This document shows, piece by piece, positions 51,935-64,000 of a DNA stretch of 64,000 bases. The notes below the pieces were generated by a model. It was not told the DNA's origin and made no database searches. It saw only the letters and a list, made by a program, of their open reading frames with translations. The first letter of the stretch is position 1; the number at the start of each line of letters is the position of its first letter. Position numbers and translations under genes: made by a program. The stretch comes from the human T2T-CHM13v2.0 reference genome, Homo sapiens. Location of the stretch: assembly GCF_009914755.1 (NCBI RefSeq), contig NC_060927.1; one strand, given 5' to 3'.

Positions 51935-53280
51935 AAATAATTGACAAATAAAAAATGTATATATTTAAGGTATACACTGTCACGTTTCAAAATGTGAATA
52001 CATTGTGAAGTGATTACCAAATCAAGCAAATTAACATCCATCACCTCATATGCTCACCTTTTCTTTGATGTATGGTGAGAACACTAAAGATCTCTTAGCA
52101 AATTTTAAGTATACAATACATTATAATTAACTATAGTTACTATGCTGTATATTTGATCACCAGAACCCATCTTATAACTGAAAGTTTGTATCCTTTGATC
52201 CAAATCCCCACATTTTTCCCAGCCACTGACAACCACCACTCTACTCTGTTTCTATGAGTTCAACTGCTTTAGACTCCACATGTAAGTGAGATCATACAGT
52301 ATTTTTCTTTCTGCACTGGCTTATTTCACTTAACATAACATCCTCTAGGTTCATCTATGTTTCAGCGAATGGCAGAATTTTCTTCTTTTTAAAGGCTGAA
52401 TAGTATTCCCTCAGGTATATGTACCAGATACACATACATAAGGGAATATATATATGTCTCAGGTACATATACATAAGGGAATACTATTTTTTACTCATTC
52501 ATGTATGTGTACCAGATACATATACATAAGGGAATATATATATATATGTCTGGTACATATACATAAAGGAATGCTATTTTTTACTCATTCATCTCTCAGT
52601 GGACACTTAGGTTGTTTTCATATCTTGGCTATTATGAATAGTGCTGCAATAAATATGGGAGTGCACATATCTCTTTGACATACTGATTTCAGTTCTTTTG
52701 GATATATACCCAGAAGTAGGAGTGCAGGATCATATGGCAGCTCTATTAGTTTTTTGAGGGAATATCCATACTGTTTTCCACAGTGGTTATACCAATTTAC
52801 AATCCCAGCAAGAGTGTACAAGGGTTCCCTTTTCTCTACACCTTCACCATCACTTGTTATCTTTTGACTTTTTGATAACAGCCTTTCTAATAGATATGAA
52901 GTGATATTTCATTATGGTTTTGATTTGCATTTCTATGATGATTAGTGATGTTGAGTACCTTTTCACATACTTTTGGACATTTCTTTGTCTTCCTTGGAAA
53001 AATACCTCCTCAGGTCCTTTGCCCATTTAAAAAAATCAGGTTATTTGGTTTTTTTTTTTTTTTTTTTTTGCAATTGAGTTGTTTGAATTTCTTATATATT
53101 TCGGATATTAGCCACCTATTAGATATATGATATCAGATATAATAGCAAATATTTTCTCCCATTCTCTAAGTTGCCTTTCCATTTGTTGATTGTTTCCCTT
53201 CCTGTGCAGAAGCCTTTTAGTTTGATGTAGCCCCACTTGATATTTTTCTTTTGTTGCCTGTGCTTTTGAAGTCATAGTCA
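51935..53280 (-). mobile_element. L1MA (MA7-9 class) 3' portion
   Basis: aaattaacatccatcacctcata...; ORF 52618-52821 gives ELPYDPALLLLGIYPKE. Confidence 0.85.
52398..52592. repeat. Compound tandem plus inverted expansion (~88-bp unit x2) in the L1MA
   Basis: Units at 52415-52502 and 52503-52592. 52399-52425 is inverted relative to 52462-52488. Confidence 0.85.
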
Positions 53281-53569
53281 TAAACTTGTAGTTAAACTTT
53301 TTTTAACCTGTATTCATCTACTTGAATAGTAAGAATAATTAGAGAATTAGAGCGTGTGAGCCCCCAGACCAAGAACATGATGGATAGCTTAGCTTTAAAA
53401 AAAGCCATTCTGTGGTTATAAAATATCTATAGAAGTTTCTAAACTGAGGTGAGATCAGAGACATGATGAGAGAAGTAGTCTGATGGCGCAGTGAACATCG
53501 ATCCAATAAGTACAAGATGGCAGGAAGACTAGGCCACAGTCAAGAAGACTCCCACCTTCCTTTCCAAAT

Positions 53570-54075
53570 ACCTTTAATGCCTCCCCCATACTTTTAAGGA
53601 AACTCAGACACCTTCATTTGGCTTATACAACATTTCCTGGTCAGTCCCCAGTTTACCTCCTTTGAGCTCATTATCCCAATGTAAGTATATGAGTAATGAG
53701 TTTCCATTTCTTTCTCTTGCCATGCCTTTCTTTTCGTGGCCTGTGTACCTGCTACCCCCTCTTCCAAGAACCCTTTTTTATTCCTTTAGCTCTCCTGTTT
53801 CACCACCATTTTTTCCAGGATATCTTTTATGAACCCTGTCTGGGTAAGGGGACCTTGCTAGGTGCTCCTTTAGCATTGATCCTCTCCTGACATTGGCACT
53901 TGACATGCTGCATTGTATTTGGCTGTTAATTTTCTGTTGCCCCCTTAGGACTGTAATCCTGAGGGAAGGGAACATGTTTGTTTTGTTGTATCCCTAGCCC
54001 CTAACCCAGTTTATGGCACCAAGATGCCCAACAAATAACTTGTCGAATGAGTGGACAAAGTAATGAATGAATGAA
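53570..54075 (+). mobile_element. L2 3' portion
   Basis: ggactgtaatcctgagggaagggaacatg...gtcgaatgagtg...aatgaatgaatgaa terminus. Confidence 0.7.
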
Positions 54076-56636
54076 CAATTGAGCAATATTAAATATGAGC
54101 TAGCTTACTGAGAAGACTTTCCGAAGTCCACTCCAGAGATCTTTAATGGGAAAACCATCATAGAAATCAAATACAAGTCACCTTTGCTATGAAGCATAAA
54201 TTTTCTTTGTAGAGCCATTTTATCTCTTACATTCTGAGAAGCCCTCTGAACAGTAAGAAGAAGACTCTTCTTCTTAGAAGAGGAGGAACTCGAGGGGAAA
54301 ATCATTGACATTAAACTAGGATTTTAATGCTAGAAATAAATAATAGTAACAAAGAGCCTATTGTAACAAACCAGGCTTAATGGTTTATAACCTAATTTAA
54401 TGAAGTATTTCATTGACAGATCTTACTTTCTTTTGTGTTTATATTCAAATAGCAATAGAACCATTATATAGAGTTTCTAAATATTTTAATTGTAGATTGT
54501 CATTAAATTTGTGGTATCTTGTCACTTTAAATTAAGTAGAGGTTTATTTGTTAAACATTTCACAGCACCTCCGTATCCTGAGTGCCTCACACTTCAGTTG
54601 TCTCTTTCTATGGCAGAATAGAAGAGAGCCGAGTAAGAGAATGGAGAGTTGAATGTCATGGTTGATGCCAACCAGAGTAGACCATATGCTACTGTATGCA
54701 TCTACAGCTGACCTGCACAAATCGGGTGATGACGTATTTATTTGTCTGAGACTTCCGTTGACCAAAACAGCATCTGACTCAACTCCATGAATGAGCTTCA
54801 TCAGTTGAGTGCTTCCAAAATGCCAGTAGAACATTCACTTTAATCAGAATCTCAAGTCATACTTTAGATACAAGGGACAGAAGAAGGTATTTAACTCTTC
54901 ATTCACAGTGCCTTTGAAGAATGGCATTGGTTGCTAAGGAACAGCAATAGCATATTCTTGTGCAAACAATTGGTCTGCTGGGAATTCACGTTACTGTTTC
55001 AACAGGCTCTCTTAGAAGGAGGCAATATCTGTTTCTTTGTTTGCTAGTGTAATGGCAACGTATGCTGACTTCACTTCATCTATTTTGTTCAAGAAGTATC
55101 TCAGTTGAACCTTCATAAGGGCAGAAGAGAAGCTAGATGGCACACTGCTCTCTGTTGTATAGTGATTTGATTTTGGAAAGAAAGAATAAAAACAGGAAAT
55201 CCGTCTTTATAGTTGTTTTAGAAATTGTCGTCATCTATTTGGGTTATGCCTTTGTCACATGACCCCTGTATATCTCCCCTGGGTTACCAGGGTCATGATT
55301 TCTGTTTCACAGATAAGGCAATTCAAAGGCTTACTTTGAATGGAGGAATGAGAATATAACTCTTAGAGCCTGGAGAACATGCAAACTTGCTGGAATTTCC
55401 AGACCCCTATTACCTGGAAAAACATGTTTAAGCTGCTTTCTGAAATGCCCTTATCTAAGCCTTTTAAAAGAGAACCAATTTAAATTTTTTCACTTTAAAG
55501 TGCATTGGAACACAACAAGCATTTCTGCCAGCTCTTAAAATTCATTCAGTGTAGCAATTAAGGGCAACTTAATTAAAAAACAACTGACAATATCATTAAG
55601 CTGGTGAGCAAAATAGAGCTAATTTCAGGCTAGAGTCCTACCTCTAGGCTGCAAAGAGCTTTGATTCAATGTTTGGGCCTGTTTCATTTTGTACTCTGCC
55701 CAAGATTTAACAGTCATGAGGGTTGGTTGTGTTCTCTGTGCTTAAATAGATGGATTTTCAGAGGAAATGAACACTAACCAAAGAAAATCAAATTTGATTT
55801 GTGCAGAATCAAGTAGACCATTGTGTCAAACACCATTCTAAATAAAACATTCCTCCTATACATAAAATTACATGAGGCTAACAGTCAGGAAACTCAGATT
55901 TCATCTTGGGTCCCTCATAAATTGTTCGATTCCAGACAAATGCCTTAAATTTCTTTGGAGCAGATAGACTCCAAAGTCCCTTCCAGCCCTAAAATTTCAT
56001 TATATGTTAATATCTGAGTTCAGTTGGCTCAAGTGGAAGCATTTGGCAAAATTCAAATGAAAGTAATACCTACAACATTTAGTGAGTGCTTACTATGTAT
56101 TAGACATTTTCTGTGTTTTATGCATTCTCATTTAATCCCCACAACATCCCTATGAAATAAGTACTGTTATTATCCCACTTTTACAGTGAGGAAAGTGAGA
56201 AATTAAGTAGCATGCCCAGGTGAGTTTTAGTCTGTGGTTAGATTAAGACAGATCAGACAAGCTATCAGGAAACTGGTTTCACCATTATCACTTCTCCTTT
56301 TTATTCAGACTCTGGTGCTAATTAAGCACTTGGCTTTTGATCCTTCCAATCTTGCCCTGTGCAGGAGCACTACATTCATTCCAGGGTTTTCAGAAAAAAT
56401 CTGCCTTTGGGGAAATTATGGAAATGACTTAATGATGGAAAAATGACTTTTAGTGAATTCACAAAGAGGAACTTTCAGTGTCAAAACAAAGGCAAACCGA
56501 AGTCTGCAAATGGGCAATGGTTGTATATAGTAAGAATGATGTGTTGTCTGTAGTGTGTGACGTGATTTGATGTGATGGAAAAGGGAAGCACATATATATA
56601 TAGTCACACTTTGCAGGCACTTTACACACACCATGT

Positions 56637-56668
56637 ATTTACAAATACAAAACTTTGTATTTGTAAAT
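56637..56668. repeat. Perfect AT-rich palindrome, 15-bp arms, 2-nt spacer
   Basis: atttacaaatacaaa-ac-tttgtatttgtaaat. Confidence 0.95.
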
Positions 56669-56757
56669 GAAGGTGGTATATGGAGGACATCTCCAAATGG
56701 AGTAGTCTTAAGTTCTCCAAAACAATAAATTAGTAGACTTTTTTTTTTCGTTTTTTA

Positions 56758-57588
<831 letters not shown>

Positions 57589-58760
57589 TTATTTTAACTT
57601 TCATTTTAGGTTTGGAGGTACATGTGCAGGTTTGTTATATAAGTAAACTCATGACTAGGAGGTTCAGTATAGACACTATTTCATCACCTGGGTACTTTTT
57701 TCCTGAACCTCTCCCCACTTCCACTTTCCTCTCAAGTAGTCCCCAGTGTCTGTTGTTCCCCTCTTTGTGTCCGTGTGTTCTTATTATTTAGCTCCTATTT
57801 ATAAGTGAGAACATGTGGTATTTGGTTTTCTGATCTTGCATTCGTTTGGTAAGGATAATGGCCTCCAGTTCCATCTGTGTTCCTGGAAAAGAAGTGATCT
57901 CATTCTTTTCTATGGCTGCATAGTATTCCATGGTGTGTATATATACCACATTTCCTTTATCCAGCCTATTGTTGTTGGCTATCTAGGTTGATTCCATGTC
58001 TTTGCTATTGTGAGTAGTGCTGCAATAAACATAATGTGTGCATGTGTTTTTAAGGTAGAATGATTTATATTCTTCTGGGTATATACCCAGTAGTGGGATT
58101 GCTGGGTCGAATGGTAGTTCTGTTTTTAGTTTTTTGAGGAATTACCACATCCACAGTGGCTGAACTAATTTACACTCCCACCAGCAGAGTACAAGTGTTT
58201 CCTTTTCTTGGCAGCCTCACCAGCATCTGTTATTGTTTGAGTTTTTAATAATAGCCATTCTGACTGATATGAGATGGTATCTCATTTTGATTTTGATTTG
58301 CATTTCTCTAATGATCAGTGATATTGAGCATTTCTTCATATGCTTTTTGGCCACATGTATATCTTCTTTTGAAAAGGGCCTGTTCATATCCTTTGCCTGC
58401 TTTTCAATGGGTTTGTTTTTTGCTTGTACATTTGTTTCAGTAGATTCTGGATATTAGACCTTTGTCAGATGTATAGTTTGCAGATATTTTCTCCCGTTCT
58501 GTGGGTTGTCTGTTTATTCTGTTGATGGTTTCTTTTGCTGTGCAAAAGCTCTTCAGTTTAATTAGGTCCCATTTATCAATTTTTGCTGAAATTGCTTTTG
58601 GCATTTTTGTTATGAAATTTTTGCCAGATTCTATATCCAAAATATTATTTCCTAGGTAATCTTACAGAGTTTTTATAGCTTTAGGTTTCACATTTAGGTC
58701 TTTAATCCATCTTGAGTTTATTTTTGTATAATACGTAAGGTGAGGGTCCAGTTTCAATCT
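57589..58760 (-). mobile_element. Older L1PA13-16-class 3' portion (T-tail continues at ~56739-56756)
   Basis: Minus-strand L1 3' UTR and ORF2 C-terminus (ORF 58437-58640). Confidence 0.88.
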
Positions 58761-58776
58761 TGTTTTTGTTTTTTCT

Positions 58777-58777
58777 T

Positions 58778-58824
<47 letters not shown>

Positions 58825-58866
58825 TTCTTTTTGGTAGGGATAAGGTTTTGCTATGTTGCCCAGGCC
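58777..58866 (-). mobile_element. Short Alu/FLAM fragment with a (TTTA)n tail
   Basis: (TTTA)n followed by ggttttgctatgttgcccaggc. Confidence 0.65.
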
Positions 58867-59419
58867 TACACTTAATTTTTCTAGTTAACTTCTTTCTCCT
58901 GAGATACTCAAAGTACAGGCTTGGTGTTCAGAAAATAGTGATTCTGTAGGTGTTTTACAAATCAACTAAGACAACCTTACAAATATTTGCCTTTTATGTC
59001 TCTGCAGTAGCTGAGATACTGTGGCGAATGCAAGGAACTATGTGACAATATATCTTCAGGAAGCACAGAATTTAGAGATACAGTACATGTATAGTATATA
59101 GGAAGAGATGAGTAGCATCAGATAACATTTAATGAATAGTACAAATAACAAGTTAGAATGTACTTCAAACTATGAGAGCAAAGATTTGTACCACAATAGC
59201 CTTTTAACTGGAATATTATAATATGGAATTCCAAAAGCTGTTTGACTTACTATTTATGTGATTTAAGCAAGTCACTTAATCTCTCTGAGGCTTGGCTATT
59301 TTTGTTTGTAAAATGGGATGCAGATAGAACCCAAACTACAAGGGTGGAGTAGAAATCGAATGAGATAACAGATGAGAAAGAACAATGCAGGATTCTTATA
59401 TAAGATTGTCATTTGTGAT

Positions 59420-59785
59420 GTACAAAAATGTCCACCTCTGTGCCTTTTAAGCATGTGGCAGAACTGTACTGCCTTGCCTCCTTTGCAGTTAGGTATGGCC
59501 ATGTGTCTTACTCTGGCCAATGAAATGTGGGCCCAAGTGGATATATGCCACTTCTAGGTGGAAGCTTTTAAGAGCCTGTGTGTGAATCATTGTTTTCCCC
59601 TTTTTTTCTCTGCCACTGGGATTGTGGAAGCCATGTGAAGCCTTAATTCACCGGGGGTCCCTTGAGTGCCTATGATGAGCAAAGCCCCCAGCTACCTGAT
59701 GTTAAGTATAAAACATGAACAAGAAATTAATTTCTGTCATTTAAAGTAATGAGATATTGGGGTTGTTACTGCAACATAATTTCCT
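59420..59785 (+). mobile_element. MLT1I/J-type solo LTR
   Basis: ttgcagttaggtatggccatgtg...tggccaatgaaatgtgggc...ttggggttgttactgcaacataa. Confidence 0.7.
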
Positions 59786-60922
59786 GGAACAGTCTGGCTA
59801 GAATGTTTACCAATCATTCTTAATATTACTTGAGTACCTGGATATCCAGGTTTTAGATATGTTATACATGTATGTGTCTGCTGCATGTTAGATTTGTGAA
59901 TATCTTTGCTACCGTTTTTAACTTCAGTTTTCCAAAAAAGATGTTGGCCTCAACCCAGTCATGTCTTTTTCTCTTCTTTTCTGTTAAGTATTTAAGGTAT
60001 CTACAGACCAGGACTAGAACTGGGCTTTTCTGTCTACTTCTATTTTTCAAAAGTTTAATTGGAGGGAAAAGTTACTGGTCAAGACAAAGTTTCTATGTAG
60101 ATCATAACAATATTTGGAAGAGTGGTTGAATATAATTAAAGACAAGCTACCTTTATGTGTGTACACATACACACACATATATATTTAACAAGTCTGTAGT
60201 TATTACCACAAAATTAAACCTGAGTCTTATAAGTTTGGGAAAAGTAAACTCTTGCTCAGATTTTAAGTTCTCACTCTCCTTGACACCCTTTTCTCACTTA
60301 GAGAAAATTGGACCCATTTTAGAACATGTGGCCATAAACTGGTGCTTGAGACCCATGGAAGGAATGGTATTCTGCTTAAGAGTACTTTTAACAAGTTAAG
60401 GATAGCAAGTTCTCTTGGAGGGTGCCTAAAACAGAGCTACTTTATATTAAACTCTTATCTGCATTAAAGAATATAGTAAGCATTCAGTGTAATAGTCACT
60501 CTGATGATCCAAGCCATCAGTTATAATGAGGATTTACGTGTATCCTGTTGAATATAGCTCTCTCAGGGTGTGTGTAAGCCAGGGGAATGAGCTCCCCCGG
60601 TTCTGGATAACAATTAGCTGAGTGTGACTCTGTTGAAAGGCTGGTTAGTGCTAGCACTGCAGACTACAACATGGCCTTTTGAGTGCTTAGTCTCTTTAGA
60701 CTGAACAGATTAACCCTTCTTTTTGGAGTAAAGCCTGCATTGCCATATGCCAGGTACTAGACAAGTGGGTTATCTCCTTTAAGCCTCTTAACAATCCTGT
60801 GAGTCCTTTTAACTCCTTTTTATATAACAGATTCAGACAACAACAAACAAAAAAACAGAGTTGGGTTCTGCCCTCCATATTTATCTCTGTGGTGTCTCAT
60901 GTATCTTAGAAACTGGTTAGAT

Positions 60923-61235
<313 letters not shown>

Positions 61236-62289
61236 AATTGTTGTGACGTAGGTCGACTTAAGGAAGCAAACCTTTTACTTCTTTCACATCTTTGACATTT
61301 GTTTCATAGAAAATCAAAAAATGCCAGAGTCAAAGAGAAACTGCCCATCATTCTGCCATGCATAGTGAAGTGTGATTGAACTTTGGCATGCAGTCCCCTT
61401 CCTGAGCCTAAGTGTGTGCAGTGTTTGTGGCGGGAGATGTGAAGGAGCACTGTCCATCTTCCAGCAGTACTTGGAGAACTCAGCATCTCAAGGATGAGGG
61501 ACAGGAGATTTAATTTAGTTAAATAGTCAGTCATGAGAGGAGCTATCACAAAGTTAAATGTCCATGGTTACTGTCTCCTTTGGCCTTTCCCACAGCTGGC
61601 TACTGTCATCCAGCTGCCAATCAAGGTTTGTGAACAGGTGGCTAACACAGCAGAATAACAGCTCAGGCCATGTATATGTGTTTAGCAGGCTGTAAAAATT
61701 CCCACTCTTTCCCATTCAGGGAAAATGTCACAAGCATGCTATATCTGTTGGTGAATGTGATGAATCACCCAGAGAAGGACAGCAAAAATGCAGGCTTTCC
61801 ATATAAAAAGGGAAAACATTATATTCATTGTCTCCCCACATCTTCACTCATGACATCCTTGGTTTCTGATAGATCATCCTCTATGATTCCCCACTATTGT
61901 AAGGAAGTAGGCGAGCTGCTCTGTGTGTCCCTTATCACACCAGTCGATAGTGATGAGTAGGAATTTATCACTATGATATACTTCATGGTTTTCCAACTAT
62001 AAACTAGTTTTTATTCTAGTTTTGCTAATCTAGTTAGGTAAGTCTCCATGGCCCATTCCCCTGGAATTTAGCTGTTTTAAAACATTAATACATCTGTCAT
62101 CTGTGCATTTCTCTTTCTTCTCTTTGGCTGCATTTATCCATGCTCTGAGTAGCTAACTTACTTTCCTCCGTTCACTGCAAAGGATCCACCCCTTTGATGA
62201 CCTGATCTTTGAGGGCTCTTGCACCTTACTCAGTGTCTTTCTGGTATAATTTTTTCCAGGAGCAGCACTACAGGTTTACGTTCAGATTT

Positions 62290-62545
62290 AAGAAGCCCAC
62301 TATGATGATGATAACCCATACGTACCTCTAACTCTGGGCCAGGGACTGTTCCACATGTTCATGTTAACTTACTTCTCATAGCCCTGTGAGCGGATATTGT
62401 TGTTATCTGCATTTTGCGGATGAGGGAGCTGAGTCACAGAGACGTTAAATGACTTATGCAAGGTCACACAACTGTTAGTGGCAGATCTGGGACTTGAAGC
62501 CAGGCAGTGTTGCTCTAGGACCTCTCTTCTTTAACTGCTACTCTA
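62290..62545 (-). mobile_element. MIR
   Basis: cattttgcggatgaggga.ctgag..acagagacgttaaatgactt...aaggtcacaca. Confidence 0.75.
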
Positions 62546-63629
62546 TGCCCATCCTGTATCCCTTCTGTTTTCATTTTCACTTTTTCTGAAATTTTCTTCA
62601 TAAACGATGTGAAATCTCTTTCTGTTTTGTCCTGCTTTGTTTAAGAGGACCCAGCAAAGGTGCAGAGAGAATGTAATGGCTTGGCTCCTGATGTCACAGC
62701 AAGTAAGAATCCATGTTGAGAAGCATGGGGAGAGGCCAGAATCAAACAGCACATGCTAGGTTCACAGTCACCTTCTTTGTTGACAGACGCCTTCTTTGTG
62801 GAGGACTACAGGATTTTCCTGTGGTGTGCTTAAGAGGGGGCTGGCTTTCTGGCCCATCTGAGGCAGAAGGCACCCTCCAGGTAGGCAGGCTTCCTTTAGG
62901 GCTGCTGCTCCTTTTGTGGGTCACTCAGCCTCAGTTAAAGTCCCCAGAGCTGGTTCTAGAAAGCGGCGCTGCTGCGAGAAGAGGAACTGACGCTGCTCAG
63001 TGGAATCACATGAGGAACCAATAGCAGTGTTTCCTTGGTTAGTGGGTCTGGGTGTGAGACTGTGAGAACATGTGTGTGTTCCCAGACCTCAACATAGGCA
63101 CACCTAAGGAGCTGGCCTTGGGTCTAAATGATGTTCTCTGTTCCTCTGTCAGGAACCAGACAAGGCCTAAGTTCCACGCTGTGTTTTTGAAATCACTGAG
63201 TCCTAGGACTCATTCAGATTGAATGCTGCTTCTCCAGGTTTAGGTTAAATATTTTAGCCTTGGATGCTGGGGCCAGGTTTATTGCAATAGGGCATAGCCA
63301 GGCTGGCCTGGCCACCTTGGGCTGCCACTTTCAAATGCTTTCCATTTACAGAAAAATTGATGGAGCTTCTCCCAGGGTAGATCTAATCAGTTGGCAATTC
63401 CTTGCTGTCACTGCTAACCTATCTGTGCCTTCAAACCTCTGTTGACTTTGAGGACCTATCTGCCTACTTTCTGCAAGCCACTCAGCCCAGCCATCCTGCT
63501 CCACTTCTTATGTATCTGGTATCTGGGTCAGTCCAGCACCACCTTTGGTTCCAAGCCTTTGTCCTTGTGCAATTTTGTAGACTTCTTTGGGGGGTGGTTT
63601 AAGGATTTGATGCAAAGCATGATGTCTGA

Positions 63630-64000
63630 CATTGATATTACACTGTCACCTGAGCCCCTGTAATGGCCTCCTAACTGGCCCTCCTGCTTACACACCCCTC
63701 CCTGCAATCTTCAAAAGCAGTTTTGTACCTATTGCCAATATGATCTTTTAAAAATGAACATTCTATCATATCGGTTTCTTGCTTAAAATCCTCCAGTGAC
63801 TTCTCAATTTTTGGCATATTGAATAAAGCCCAAGCCTGCATAACCCCACATGATCTGGTCCCGCCTCTACCTTGGGCACCATTTTGTACCAGGCCCTTTT
63901 GATTCAGCCACACCAACCTTCTGTTTTAACACTTCAAGTACTTGCATTGGTACTTGTGTACATGCAGTTTCTGCTTCCTGGAATGCTTGTCCATTGATCT
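63630..64000 (+). mobile_element. L2 fragment
   Basis: aatggcctcctaactggccctcctgctt...cttaaaatcctccagtgacttc...cagccacacc...cttcctggaatgct. Confidence 0.75.

Noticed and set aside
54544-54834. 96-aa minus-strand ORF in unique DNA
   Set aside because: No recognisable domain, and the length is within chance expectation.
62940-63010. CpG island, promoter or REST site near gcggcgctgctgcg
   Set aside because: Only a few CpGs over ~40 bp and an incomplete RE1 half-site.

Overview
This is a repeat-rich, AT-rich stretch of anthropoid primate (human-like) intronic or intergenic DNA. It contains AluJ/S/Y, L1PA/PB/M, THE1A, MLT1, Tigger1, HSMAR2, MER elements, MIR/L2 and a BC200 retrocopy. No intact protein-coding gene is supported: the longer ORFs are L1 ORF2, Tigger1, THE1 or Alu remnants. 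The signal that repeat annotation does not explain is a series of local template-switch structures in mostly unique DNA. (1) A 230-bp essentially perfect fold-back at 32263-32751 has a 30-nt loop built from inverted copies of both flanks. (2) A 180-bp ~98% inverted repeat around an 896-bp spacer (16214-17468) has a neighbouring segment that is also copied into a TA/TG tract at 13.9 kb. (3) A 64-nt pre-miRNA-shaped hairpin lies at 23127-23190. (4) Several smaller tandem or inverted duplications occur. Two possible microexons and several nested retrotransposon insertions are also noted. Repeat subfamily names come from recalled consensus sequences and were not checked against a database.
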